A DNA stretch of 61,333 nt, filler included, from Bipalium vagum (lineage: Eukaryota), in the NCBI GenBank assembly GCA_037834085.1. It is 3 parts of 3 records of this genome, joined end to end, with 100 filler letters (N's around TTAATTAATTAA, not from the genome) between each part and the next. Parts side by side here need not be neighbours in the genome. Positions count along the whole stretch, not along the records: positions 1 to 21,468 come from JBBMKC010236910.1; 2 more parts are not named here. One strand, written 5' to 3'. The position numbers and the translations under genes are program-made. Shown piece after piece: positions 1 to 12,169 of the stretch (its first letter is position 1; each line of letters opens with the position of its first letter). The notes beneath the pieces were generated by a model. It saw only the letters and a list, made by a program, of their open reading frames with translations. It was not told the DNA's origin and did not search any database.

Positions 1-62
<62 letters not shown>
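1..62. repeat. (AAT)n microsatellite
   Basis: About 20 perfect AAT units at the window start. Confidence 0.95.
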
Positions 63-64
<2 letters not shown>

Positions 65-199
65 TAATGATAATAATAATAACAATTATTAACCATAATT
101 TCTGGAAAAGAAAATTAATTAATTTGTCATTTAAAATTAATTTTTTCGAAAACGTACAAAAATCTGACATAATTTAAACAAAAGCTGTTTATTCAATCA

Positions 200-2110
200 A
201 TTAATATTGTGTGCCTATTGATTTTCTTTCAAATATGATTTCGGCTGGACTCCATCCTAAAGATTTTTGAAATGTTGCATTTAAAGCAAACCAAATTTCC
301 GGTAAAATATTTTCTCAGTCGTTCGCTCTTCTCATAGCCCTTTTAATATTCACACAATTCATACTGCTCGAAACCGTCAATCTATTATTCCGTTAATGTT
401 ATAGTGGTATGGGCTCGATAAACAAAGTTTTGTACTGATCTTTGTGATTAATGAATTAAAAACTAGATTAAAAACCTTTCCCCAATCGACATGTATTTCC
501 TCCGGTGCCCCATATTTATAGATTCATTTTCCCATTATTATTCTTCCGATTGTTTTTAATCTTGTTTCATTATTGGCGTAAACAAAATGTATCTACTCTG
601 TTGATTTTTAATGCCAAGTACGTATCGCCTTCTTCGAAAGATTTCTTTTAAAGGACCGGAAATATCTTCACATATCTTTTGAAATGTCTCCTCTACTGAC
701 AGTTTTATCGTATCTTCTTTCGTTTTTATTGACTACTTTATGTTTCTCACAGATCTCGCAATGTCTTTTAACTTCAGTTGCTTTTCCATTTAAAACATGT
801 GTTAGGGATCTATGTATTTTTTCCAAGAACATTCATATACTGCTTTTTGAATTCGTATCTTTACCTCAATTGCTTTGACCAAGCCGTCTTCAAAACTGAA
901 CTTCGTCGTGCTTCTCTTTTCAATACCTTATTTACTTTGGCTTATTTTCTTTTCGTTATTCTGCGATATTGTTTCTACATTTTAGTGTACTAGATTTATT
1001 GCTCTCGTCTTCTTTATTTTGGAGCTTAGGTTCTGTGAGTAGGTGCCACATTTCTTCCTCGATAACATGTCTGAATTTGTGAGCTCCAGGCAGCTAAGAT
1101 AATTGATTCACATCTGAAATTGTGATGTGATTGGCTTTTTAGCCTTGAACATGAGTTCGATATTTATGATCTATTCTCACCAGAAATATTTTTCGATGTA
1201 GATAGAGCTTGAAATTATTGTAAAAATAGCATTGTCTATAACTCCTTTCTTGTAATGCCATACCCTTTTTCATGGTTATTCATCGCATGCGAATCATTGG
1301 CAATCACTCTCTCCTATCCAATACGGTTCCAATCACTTCAAAGCTGGTATCAGTATCTAAAAACTGTTCTTTTATTATCTGGAAAAGCTCGCATTTGAGT
1401 TTTTGTTAAGGCTTCTTTTAATTATTGTAAGACTACATTACACGATCCAGTCTTGAGGAGTCACTTGTCATTCTTTTCACACAATTGTTCGAACACAAAG
1501 TTTTTTTCCATATTCGTATATAAATTTTCAATAGTAATCACAGATCGTGGAAGCTTCTTAAATTTTAAATACACTTTGGCCTTTTGAAAGTCTTGATTGC
1601 TTCAAGTTTCACTGGGTCTAATCTGGTTCCCTGTTTGATGATTATATGACTTAGGAATTTCATCTCTGTTGTCAATAGATGACATTTCTTCAGATTCTCT
1701 CGAAGATTCTCTCTCTTTTATTTTCTTTATAACTTCATTTAGTATCTTTCGATGATCTTCCATGTTTTTTGTACAAAAATGTCATCTAAATAGACCATTG
1801 TGTATATTAGACCACCTAAAATCTTCGTCATCAACTCTTCTAAAGTTCCTGGGCCACCGAAAAGGTATCTTGAAAGACATTCTTCTAAAGAAAACGTGGC
1901 CTTCTTATGTCGAAAAAGCTGTTTTTCTGTGATGTACTTGGCAATCATATATTTGATACCCTGTTCTTTAAAACTATTCAAAGTTAATATCATAATTGTA
2001 TCTCTATTACCATTTTCTTTTTTTATAAATATGGTTAACTTTTCTATTTATTTCTTTTCACCTGGCTCTTTATAGATCTTTCTAGCATTTTCCAGGGGAA
2101 CCCACTTAGC
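200..2110 (-). mobile_element. Decayed Ty3/gypsy LTR-retrotransposon pol (RT, RNase H, integrase)
   Basis: ORF 1739-1993 contains MTKILGGLIYTMVYLDDIFV (RT YxDD). RNase H-like LDTDTSFEVIGTVL near 1340. Integrase C-terminal-like FALNATFQKSLGWSPAEIIF near 240-300. Order RT-RH-INT; many stops and frameshifts; boundaries approximate. Confidence 0.8.
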
Positions 2111-2289
2111 TGTCAAAAAACCACAAATTTTGCAAGTCAATAGGCCATGCAAACGACTGAGTCCAATTAGTTTGTCTGTCTAGAACATAATTTATTTCGT
2201 TTGCCCGAAAAGGCTTAATACTGATCAGTTTTTAAACATTGGACATGATTTGTCAAAATTCACCGTACAAAGAGCTCTCAAACTGGTAA

Positions 2290-3031
2290 GAAGAGAAAAA
2301 ATGTAGATGCTAATGTATGCCAATATGACTAATTGGTGACCGAAAGGTTTCGAAAATTTTCAAATGGTGATTTTGGCTTGCCTGATAGCGCTCGAACTGA
2401 ACGCCCGACAGGGTTTGATAAAGACACTCTAAGAGCACTGGTGGAAACAAATCCCAAAATGAATAACCAGGAAATAGCAAAAACTCTTCAAGCTACTTGT
2501 TCAACAGTTCAAAGTCATTTTAAAGAAATCGGGAAGGTTTACAGGCAGGGTATATGGGTCCCACATCTATTGTCGGAGATGAATAAAGATCAAAGGCGTA
2601 CAATTTGAACATCTCTTTTGTGCAGACAAAGAAATGATCTGTTTTTAAGAAGGATTGTGACTGGTGACGAGAAATGGGTCTTGTTCAACAAGAAGAAGCG
2701 CACCAAGCAATGGTTTTCTCCAAATCAATTAGCCGTACCAATTCTGAAACCATCCCTAAAGAAGGTATTATTGTACGCTTGGTGGGACTGTGGTGGCATA
2801 ATTCATTTTAAACTATTGAAATCAGGAGAAACAGTTACGGATGAATTGTATTCCCAACAATTGGATAGATTACGAAACCAATTGTTCGTAAAACGACCAG
2901 GCTTGGTTAATCAAACAGAAAAGGGGTAATATTGCAACATTATGACGCAAGACCTCATGCAGCAAAATTAACCAAAGAAAAAATAAGGCAGCTAGACTGG
3001 GAAGTTTTACCACATCCCCTATATTCTCCAG
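2290..3031 (+). mobile_element. mariner (DD34D) transposase remnant
   Basis: FRKFSNGDF, WVPHLL, RIVTGDEKW, LQHYDARPH and PHPLYSP motifs across broken frames; truncated at both ends. Confidence 0.9.
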
Positions 3032-3195
3032 TCATATATTATAAACATTTTATAAAGATACTGAAATATAATAAAAAAGAAAGTCAATGAAAGAAATGTT
3101 CAACCTTAAACATTAAACATTTTAACTTAAACGAGGAACCGTTGACTTCATAAACTCTTATTTATTTTAAACAAACATTTTCACTACATCGATGA

Positions 3196-3715
3196 CACTG
3201 GTCTGCATTTGAAAACTTTTTTATGCGGTTTGAACGTATAAGCAGGTTTTTAAAGGAAATTTTGCGCTAAGTTCAAATCAATAATACGTTTGTCTCAGTC
3301 ACGTCTAGTTTTTATGATACAACAATTTGAAATTTTATGTATTATTAGATAAAAACACAAGGATTATATGTACAATACTGTTTATAATTGTCAAAAAATC
3401 TGCAAAGTAACAATAATAATTTATTATAGATTACACGGTGGAAGAAAGGGCTTCTTCAACGACTTTCGATTGTGTTGTGCACAGAATCATCTCGTTTGAG
3501 GCACCAACAATAGTCGGCAAGCATGTTCACATCCCAGCGGCCCTGATACCTTTCTTCCATAACACTAATGTCTTGATGAAATCGCTCTCCTTGTTCTTCG
3601 CTCATGTCACCACAGTTGTCAGGAAAGTAGTCCAAATGTGAGTTGAGGAAATGTATCTTTATAGATATACTTGCACCAAGAACCTTGAGACTCTGAAGGA
3701 GCTCTTCCACAATTA
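3196..3715 (-). mobile_element. Chapaev3-like (CMC superfamily) DNA transposon, 3' fragment
   Basis: ORF 3456-3710 KIHFLNSHLDYFPDNCGDMSEEQGERFHQDISVMEERYQGRWDVNMLADYCWCLKR is the typical Chapaev3 transposase C-terminus; CACTG terminus at 3196. Confidence 0.75.
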
Positions 3716-5395
3716 TAATTGTAAAGAAACAGTATATTTATATATATATTTAGCCTAATTTCATCGATAGGGTTTTGAGAGCAACGATTACCATCGAATA
3801 AATAAATAAAAATTCACACAGACTTTCTGATGGAAAGGCATTGTGAAACGCTGTCAATAATTTTCATTCTAACGAAAGGAAAATAATAACAATAAAAATC
3901 AATTTAAACAAAAATTATCCCAAAACGACTCTACTGACTATTATTAAAAATATGAATTAAAACAAAAAATAATCTAAATTAAACAACATAATATTTTTTC
4001 ATCATTTTAAAAAAAATATTTAAAATATTTTCCCCCATGATTTATCGAAATGATTTTTTATTTATTTCTAAGTGATCCCTTTTAATTTATTTAGAAACAA
4101 TTTTGGAAATATTGCTCCGAGCAATGAAATATCAGTACCAAATAATAATAATAATAATGATGATGATGATAATAATAATAATAACATTATTAATATATCT
4201 TAGGAGAATGTTGGTGAGCTGCTTTTCGTGATCGTTTTTCCAAATTAATCTGAAAAATCGAATTATTCCCATAATGGTTAATTGTAAAATCGTTAATATG
4301 TCTTTTCGTTTTCATTATCTAAATGCATTCAACAATGAATTTGATATTAATTTTTATAATGTCCTCGATTCAGCCTCGCTGCTCGTTACCATCCCCACGG
4401 GTTATCCAGGACCGATATCCCTCACTTTGTTAAATTAAATTGTAATCTATAGCAACATCAAGGAGCTCCATGTCTCATGTCAAATATGGAGTTCAGAATA
4501 TTTAATCCGAAATGAAAATTTTACGTTGCCTAAGAAAATAATTTGACTTTCATTATTATAATACATTATCATTTGAATAATTATCATTAATACTATCCGT
4601 GCAAATATGCAACGTATTATCATTACGTAAATCAGTGAGTTTTGATTTATGAACAAAATATTTAACAATTACAAATAATAATTAATAAAATATTATGTCT
4701 TTATTTAGAAAAACAATTTTTGAGTTAAATAAAAACAAACGGAAAAATATTAAAATAGTGAAAAAATTATACAAATAAATTATTTAATAAATCGAAATTG
4801 TATCATATGATAATAATTAAATTAAATTAGTTAAAAATAATTTCAATTAAAATCCGGAAATTTTAATAAAAGTTATTTATTTAAATTTTATTAAATAAAA
4901 TAATATTAAATCCCAGGAAAAAAAATTAATTTTTTAAAGAAAAAGAAATTTTGTTATTTATTAATTCTGTTAAAAAATGTAATTTTATTTTATTTTATTA
5001 TTTTTCATTACCATAAAATTTATTTATCGAACATCTATTTTTTATTAAGTGTATTATAGATATTTTTACTCAAAAATAAATAATTTGTTTATTATTATTT
5101 ACTTACTATTAATCAGTAGATAATTTTGTATAAATATTAATTTTAAAAAAAATTATTAGTTGAAAATATTAATAAAATTTAAGTGAAAATATATTTTTTG
5201 ATGATTAATTGATTAATTAATTAATTATTAATAATGTCAATAGTATTGAATAATTATTTTTAACGATTAGTTTAATTTTTAATAAAATACTAAAATATTT
5301 AATTGAGTTAAAAGATGAAAAAAATAATATAAAAATAACTGAAATTTGTTTTAAATGACAAATAAGGCACATTCTTTCAATATCTTTATTCTATT

Positions 5396-5471
5396 CTACC
5401 AATCTAAAGAATATTTATCATTCATTCTTTCCTGGATAGAGTCCTGTTCAACTTTGAGTTTTTCTACAGAC
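5396..5471 (-). CDS. Candidate downstream exon of the TCF/LEF gene: (R)SVEKLKVEQDSIQERMNDKYSLDW*
   Basis: Acceptor aatttttag at 5472; open in the phase-2 entry frame. It either ends at TAG (5396-5398) or splices at tg|gtagaa (exon end 5400). Phase fits the donor at 19414. Confidence 0.5.
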
Positions 5472-5559
5472 CTAAAAATTTATTAATATTGTTAGTACTT
5501 GTGCTTTAATTCACCCCAATTTACCTCTATCAAACTCTTTACAATTTTGCTTTTAAGAC

Positions 5560-6200
5560 ACGAATTTGTGATTGTTTAAATTAAGAATGTTTTACATTTA
5601 TCTCCATTGGCAGGGTACAAAGAAATCTGTTTGTGATTCGTTCAAGAACGAGGGATACTTCACAATGCGCGACTCTGTAGAAATAGTAACCGATGTACGT
5701 TTTGCGGTGCATTAAAGTACAAGTACCAAATATTTTTATCTTACGAAAAAGATGTTATACATTTAGTCTCGCACATTTTATTTGATTAGAATTTTGTATA
5801 TGAAATGGTTTTGACTTACTTACCTAAAAAAGTAAAAGAAAGCAAAAGGTAAAATCAAAGAATAATTGGAAGCATGACAATGGAAATATAAGGATACGCA
5901 CTTTTTCTTGTTCTGCGTTTCTTTCATCATAGAATGGCATCCAAGAGCTTACGTAAACCTAATTTTATTGATCTCACCAATAACGTCAAATGTCTCATAT
6001 TTGTCTTGAAGTCTCTGTTAATTTAGTCTAGCAAATATTTTTATTGACATAATCAAGTGTAAGTGTAAGGATTGATTACCTGTAATGGTTCGTAAGGTTC
6101 GTGAGAGACACTGACCGTATCATAAACGCTTTAAAGCTTCAATATTCAACATACATTTCTTTTTCGGATACACTTTCAAGTAATCCTTAAAAGTTGTTAT
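5560..6200 (+). mobile_element. Degenerate non-LTR retrotransposon C-terminus (restriction-like endonuclease type)
   Basis: Broken frames resemble the Cys knuckle, YLPKKVKESK and RKPNFIDLTNNVKCLIFV (cf. RPD..IID endonuclease motif). Confidence 0.4.
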
Positions 6201-6374
6201 CTCAGAATTACAATGGCCTAAGACATTTAATGTTTAATAATAATTATAATTATGATGATTATTTTAATATCAAAAGGAAAATAATGTGTTGGATGAAGAA
6301 AAAACAAATTAAAAACAGATGGAAAAATCAATGAGAAGAATCCTGAACCTTTAGAATGCCTTTGATAGCCAAAA

Positions 6375-7514
6375 ATTATCCTCTGGAATAGGTGCTCCAA
6401 AATTTCGCTGGATAAATCAAATATTCGAGCAATTATTTATTACGAATGGAAAAATACCAAAAGCACAAATGAAACTGTCTCAAAACTTAACGAGGTGCTT
6501 GGTGAAGGATCAATGCAACTGCGAACAGTGCAAAATTGGTTCAAAAAATTCAATAGTAGTGATTTTTCATTGGAAGACAAAGAGAGGTCTGGAAGTCCAA
6601 AAGATTTTGAGGATTATCAAATTATAGACCTTCTTGAACAAGACAGATCAATTAGTGCTATTTTTCTGAGTTAAATATAAGCGATATAGCCACAAGAAAC
6701 CGACTAAGAGCATTAGGATTCACTTGTAAACTCGAAAAATGGATTACCCGCCAACTAGCTAAGAAAAACAAGTTGAATCGCATTGAAATTTGTTCAAGAC
6801 TTCTCGAAAGAAACCGAAATGATCCTTTTCTCGATCGGATAATCACTTGCGATGAAAAGTGGATCTATCATGACAACATAACCAGACGAAGATCGTGGTC
6901 GTTGAAAGGAGAGCCTCCGCAAAAATTAAAAAACGAACCTTACACGAAATAAGGTTCTTTTATACATTTGATGGGATTCTCGTGGAATTATTTTTCAGGA
7001 GTTTCTCAAATCCGGGGAAACCATTAATTCTGATGTATATTGCGACATGCTAAGAAGAGTTCATGCCATTATGAAGGAAAACCGGAGCAGTTTGATAAAC
7101 CGAAAACAAGTAATTTTCCACCAAGATAATGCAAAGCCTCACAAATCAATGAAGATATTGAAGGTTATTCAGGAATTGAACTGGGCTCTAATGGAACATC
7201 CGTCATATAGTCCCAATATCGCTCCATCCGATTTTTTGTTCCGGGTATTACAGAATCATTTGATAGGTAAAAATTTTAAGAGTTCCGGAGGTATAAAGAA
7301 TGAAGTTCTTTCTTTCTTTCATTCAAAAGATCGAGATTTCTTTAATACTGGGATCAACAAACTTCTAAATAGATAGGAGGCAGTAATAGAAAAAGATAGG
7401 GAATATCTGGATGATAAATTGTTTAATAATGTCTTATGATTAATGAATTAAATTTAACTTCAGTCTTAGTTTAGTTTTTAATTAAAAAACGAAAAAACTT
7501 AGTTCGTTACCTGA
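6375..7514 (+). mobile_element. mariner element, 5'-truncated; same family as 40592-41877
   Basis: NWFKKFNSSDF, RIITCDEKW, FHQDNAKPH and HPSYSPNIAPSD motifs. 3' TIR cttagttcgttacctga followed by TA. Confidence 0.92.
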
Positions 7515-7519
7515 TATTT

Positions 7520-8050
7520 ATTTACAACAATAACACTACTGTTCAGAATAAATTCCATCACCTTCAATGATTTTATGCCACCTATCTACTAGAATTCTTA
7601 TCTGGTCAAAGTACCATTTTCTTTTTTTGATTCGAAAAACTCTTTATGTCACCTCAATTTAAGCTCCAGATTCAAATCGGCGTCCTCTGAGGAAGTGTTG
7701 CATAATGTGGTGCAGCAACAGGACTGTAGACAGGATGAGGTAAGATCTTAACTCCTTCCGGGTTTTCAAATTTTTCTTGGAATATCCGAACAGTGCGTGG
7801 CTTGGCATTTTCCTGGTGAAATAATGCTCGCTTTTGACGAAGGAGGACAGAATAGTCTAACTTAAGTGCATCATAAACACGATCAAGCTGCTGGAGATAA
7901 AGTTCTGCATTTATGGCTTTATAAATTAGAACCAGTACATAATGAAGAATTACTTCAAAATTCCACAGAGGAAGAACTTTCTGCAAACCTGGATGGAGGT
8001 GTGATTGAAGACAGATATTTTCCTCTTGGAACAGACATAACACGAATAAT
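7520..8050 (-). mobile_element. mariner fragment (C-terminal half)
   Basis: ORF 7672-8043: YLQQLDRV..LFHQENAKPRT..ILPHPVYSP. Confidence 0.8.
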
Positions 8051-8159
8051 GTTTCATTTTAAATATATAATAACGCGTTTTTATCTCTGTTTCAATATAT
8101 ACATAGTTTAATCTGAAAATTATTTTTTCATGTATTTTAGAACGATAAATAAAAGATGG

Positions 8160-9135
8160 ATACAATGCAAAATAGAGCAACGTTCTTGTTCCATTTTAAA
8201 CTTGAACGAAATAGATCTGAAGCAGTTTGTCGATTTACTATTGAATGCACTTTTTAGTTTTTTTTGCAGAAATTTCGTGCAGGTGACGATAGATCTGAAA
8301 AGGAAAAGGTTTCGATCGCCATTCGGCAGTTAACCAAGACAATTTGAAGGCTTTAGTTGAAGTAAACCAATGGACTACTGTTAAATAGCTTGCGTATAAT
8401 GTTAAAGTAAGCAAAACAGCGATATCTAATAATTCGAAGTGCATTGAAAAGTCGTTAAAGCTATTAGAAAATGGATTTTGAACAAAAATCAAAAAATCGC
8501 CATTTTGAAATATTGTCTCATTTCTCAACCATATTTTGACGTGATGAAAAGTGGATATTCTATCACAACCGCCGACACTTGACTTAGTGATTGGATTGAG
8601 AACAGCTTCCACAACACTTTCCAAAGCTAAAACTTATCTGCAGTGTGTCTCATCTATCACAAGGTTTTGAATCCGGGCGCTACAATTTTGACTGTGTCAA
8701 ATTGACGAGAAGCACCAAAAACCTCTGCTTATGTGTCAAGCATTGTATATAGAAAAGAACTAATTCTCATCAACGACAAAGCAAGACCGTGCGCTTCACT
8801 AATCATGTAACAAGACCGTCATGAGGTGAGCTATGAAACTGTGCGCCACCCGGCATATTCAACAGATCTATCGTCTATCGATTACAATTTATTCAAGTAT
8901 TTTGAGAGCTTTTTGTGAAAAGAGTTTCAAAAAGCAAAGAGATATGAACAAACCTTCAGCGACTTCATTGGTATCAGAAATGTGGAATTCAATGCTACCA
9001 ACATAAATAAACTTGCATCTCTTTGGCAAAATTAAATTAATTCTGACGCTTCATATTTTAAATATTTTTTTTTATCTGAGTTGTTTGTTTAAAATTAAAG
9101 ATTTATAGCCGTAATTATTTCCAAGGCAACCAAAT
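8160..9135 (+). mobile_element. Decayed mariner element
   Basis: RKFRAGDD-like N-terminus, degenerate TxDEKW, LINDKARP, RHPAYSTDLSSIDY; TIR-like 3' end (ttatttccaaggcaaccaaata). Confidence 0.75.
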
Positions 9136-9614
9136 ACATCTTTGAGATGGAGATCAGATATCCGAGGTTAATAAACGCCAAGCAATAATTGCTGTGAATA
9201 TGTCTCCTCAAACAATATTGGATTCATGGAATAATAAGCAACAAAAAAAGAATATTCTTGCTTAAGGTACGTACAACTTCATTAAAGGAATCAATCAATG
9301 CAGATGGAAGATTCCAAGTTTATTGATTAAAAATAGTTTTAATTCAGCTTATAAAAATGATGTGAATTGAATGAATATTTCCATTACATTTTAAAAATCT
9401 AGATTAATCAAAGTGCTCATTTTACACAGGTCATTAAAACATGTGCTTAGAGGAAAGCTGTTATTTTGAAAGACCAACATCAAGAGGGCTTAGGCGATTA
9501 ACGGAGAACAATGTCATATCTTATATAAGATCTGCGTCCAACAACCAGACCGGTCTGGAAAAAGACTGACTGTATAAATTATTGTACAAAAATTCTCTTC
9601 AAACAATTTTGGGA

Positions 9615-9693
9615 TGAGGGCTGTCAAAAAATAGTTCGCTTTTATATTTGAAATACAACTAAACCAAAAGCGAAATTTTTGGGACAGCCTACA
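9615..9693. mobile_element. ~80-bp mariner-type MITE
   Basis: Imperfect TIRs gggctgtcaaaaaatagttcgctttt / aaaagcgaaatttttgggacagcct around a short AT spacer. Confidence 0.5.
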
Positions 9694-11590
9694 TTATTGT
9701 ATATATCGGTTTTATCCAAACCCAGAAATAAACTTGTTGTTTGTCCACCTTTTATAAAACATGAGAAAAAATTAAGAATAAGATATGATACTTAAATACC
9801 GAAGGTATCACAGCCGAGGAGATATACTTGTCTGTCAATTTTGTATGAAAATATTTCATTTAAATTTATATATAGATTTAGAAACTGAATAAAAGTAGAC
9901 TTTGTTTAAATGAAGAACTAATGAAAAATATTTTAAATTTAGGCGTGAATCTAGATTTGAAAATTGATTTAATTCCGTGTTATTATGACAATGCAAATTC
10001 CTCTAAAGCTGTAATTAGTAGAATCAAGCGCCAAAGAAATTTAATTATTTAGGTACTCTTATGGTAAAGGCTTTGCATTGCCAAAAATTGAAAAATCTAA
10101 TTGAATCAGAAAATAGAATATATGAAAAAATGGTTCCGTTTTACTTCCAAAGAGTTGCAAACTGCAATCCTATCCTTTACAACGAATAATTGAGTTAATG
10201 TTATCTGTTAAAGGAAATCCTTTCGAGAACAGAATACAGGGAAATTGTGTTATTTGTCATTATTAATATCATTTTTGTCAATTTTATTCCTCATTTACTT
10301 TTTCCTTGGTACTGACATCTTCTGTATATAACAAAGGAAAAAACAATTCAAACAATTAATCTAGAAAGATTATTTGCTTGAAAAAACCTTTAAAAAGCAA
10401 AAAGCTTACAATTCATCTTTTTAATTCTTTACTCAATTTCCTCTCTTTTTTTTACTCTTGATACCATAAGTGACTCTCTCAACCGAGGTTTTCCATTGGG
10501 AATAGAGAATCTTCACAAGCTTATTTGGAATGTTCCCGATAAAAATTGATTATTTTTTTGTTAATTTAAAAACAAATTATTTTTATTTCTCAAAAACATT
10601 TTCCGTCATCGTGAATATTACATCAGATAAACAATAAAAGTTCGGTTCCAAAATTCAATTAAAAAGATAAAATTTGATCGCAAAATTAACGCTTGCGAAA
10701 CCCTATGCCAGGCAGGTGAATTTGAATAAGTTAATAACGAAGTTTAATTGGAATATTTGGATTTCTAGTTCCAACATCATTAAATTATAATAATTTAAAT
10801 TATTAAATATAATGAGTTGAGCTTCATTTTCTCTGATTTTCCGTAGATGATGCCGCTTGACGTGTGAAACGGAACAGGGAGAGAGCTTCGGTATGGGGTC
10901 ATTAAATCTGTATTGAATGTCTTTAAGTTTTGTTTCCATTATAATTTTGTATTTTTTTTCCATTTATTATCATTACTTTGATTCATTGGAAATAAAATAA
11001 AACAATGTGAATATTGAAAATATTAAACTTTATTTATTGTTTAAATTTTACATCAAATTGATTTACAATGTGAGTAATGTTTATTAATTATTTTTGATTT
11101 TTTTGTTTATATTCATCGGTTTATTATTATTTCATTAAATTTAGTTCATTTTCGAATTTTAATTTATGATGAATTTTAAATCAAATAATATTGATTGTGT
11201 AAAATGGATAAAAATGTAATAAAAAATTATACAAAAGAAAATACGCATTTGTAAAAAAATATTATAAAATCTCTACACATGTGAGGTTTGAAGAGGTGCT
11301 TTTATTGTTTTCCTATGGTATAAAAGACAAGAATCAATTTTGAAGACAAAAGGGCATTTGCACTGACTTCTCCTATCAGCATTTAAACTTTTTATGAAAA
11401 AACCTTTAGGTTATCAAAAAGATTTCGTGTTTTGAATAACTTTTTTATACTTCTATAAAATTTCTTATTTTACCATGGAATATTTTTTCTGTCACATATT
11501 TTATTTCCTATATATAATATTACAATATTTTAATATTCTATAAAAATTAAAGATATTCGAAATATATTATCCTTAATTATTTTCATTTTG

Positions 11591-11591
<1 letters not shown>

Positions 11592-11667
<76 letters not shown>
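11592..11667. repeat. (ATT)n microsatellite
   Basis: About 25 perfect ATT units. Confidence 0.95.
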
Positions 11668-11668
<1 letters not shown>

Positions 11669-12096
11669 AGGATGATAATCATGCATTAGGAATTTTTAAT
11701 TTTAAAACCCTTTTTACATTTATAATTTAGGACTTTATTAATATTAGAATTTTCAAAAATAATAACTGTATTGTGCTTCAAAATTATCACCCGACCTTGA
11801 AAAAGATAAAAAAGCATTCATTTGATAGTTATTCTGGAATTTTATTACCCCAAACATCATTATCATTTATATATAGGTAATATTATAGATTTTATAATCA
11901 CGTTGATTTCTATATAGTATAAAATGGCTAATATTGCTAAGAAATATTATATTTATCTATATTTAGAAAATGTAATTAAAAGTTTTTTCTTTTAAATATA
12001 GTATGAAATAAGTATTTTTTTAATATTTAATAAATTAACGATCTTAACATTTAAAGATATTTTCTAAAGATACCAAGGTTTAATAAAAAATGATAA

Positions 12097-12135
<39 letters not shown>

Positions 12136-12169
12136 TTTATTATTTTCACTTTTACTAATGAGTTTTACA

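Noticed and set aside
4310-4345. Minus-strand LLNAF resembling the TCF HMG motif KKPLNAFM
   Set aside because: Followed directly by R-stop-stop and lacks KKP; coincidence.
10703-10963. 86-aa minus-strand ORF as a gene
   Set aside because: No family resemblance, runs through low-complexity AT sequence, no convincing donor.
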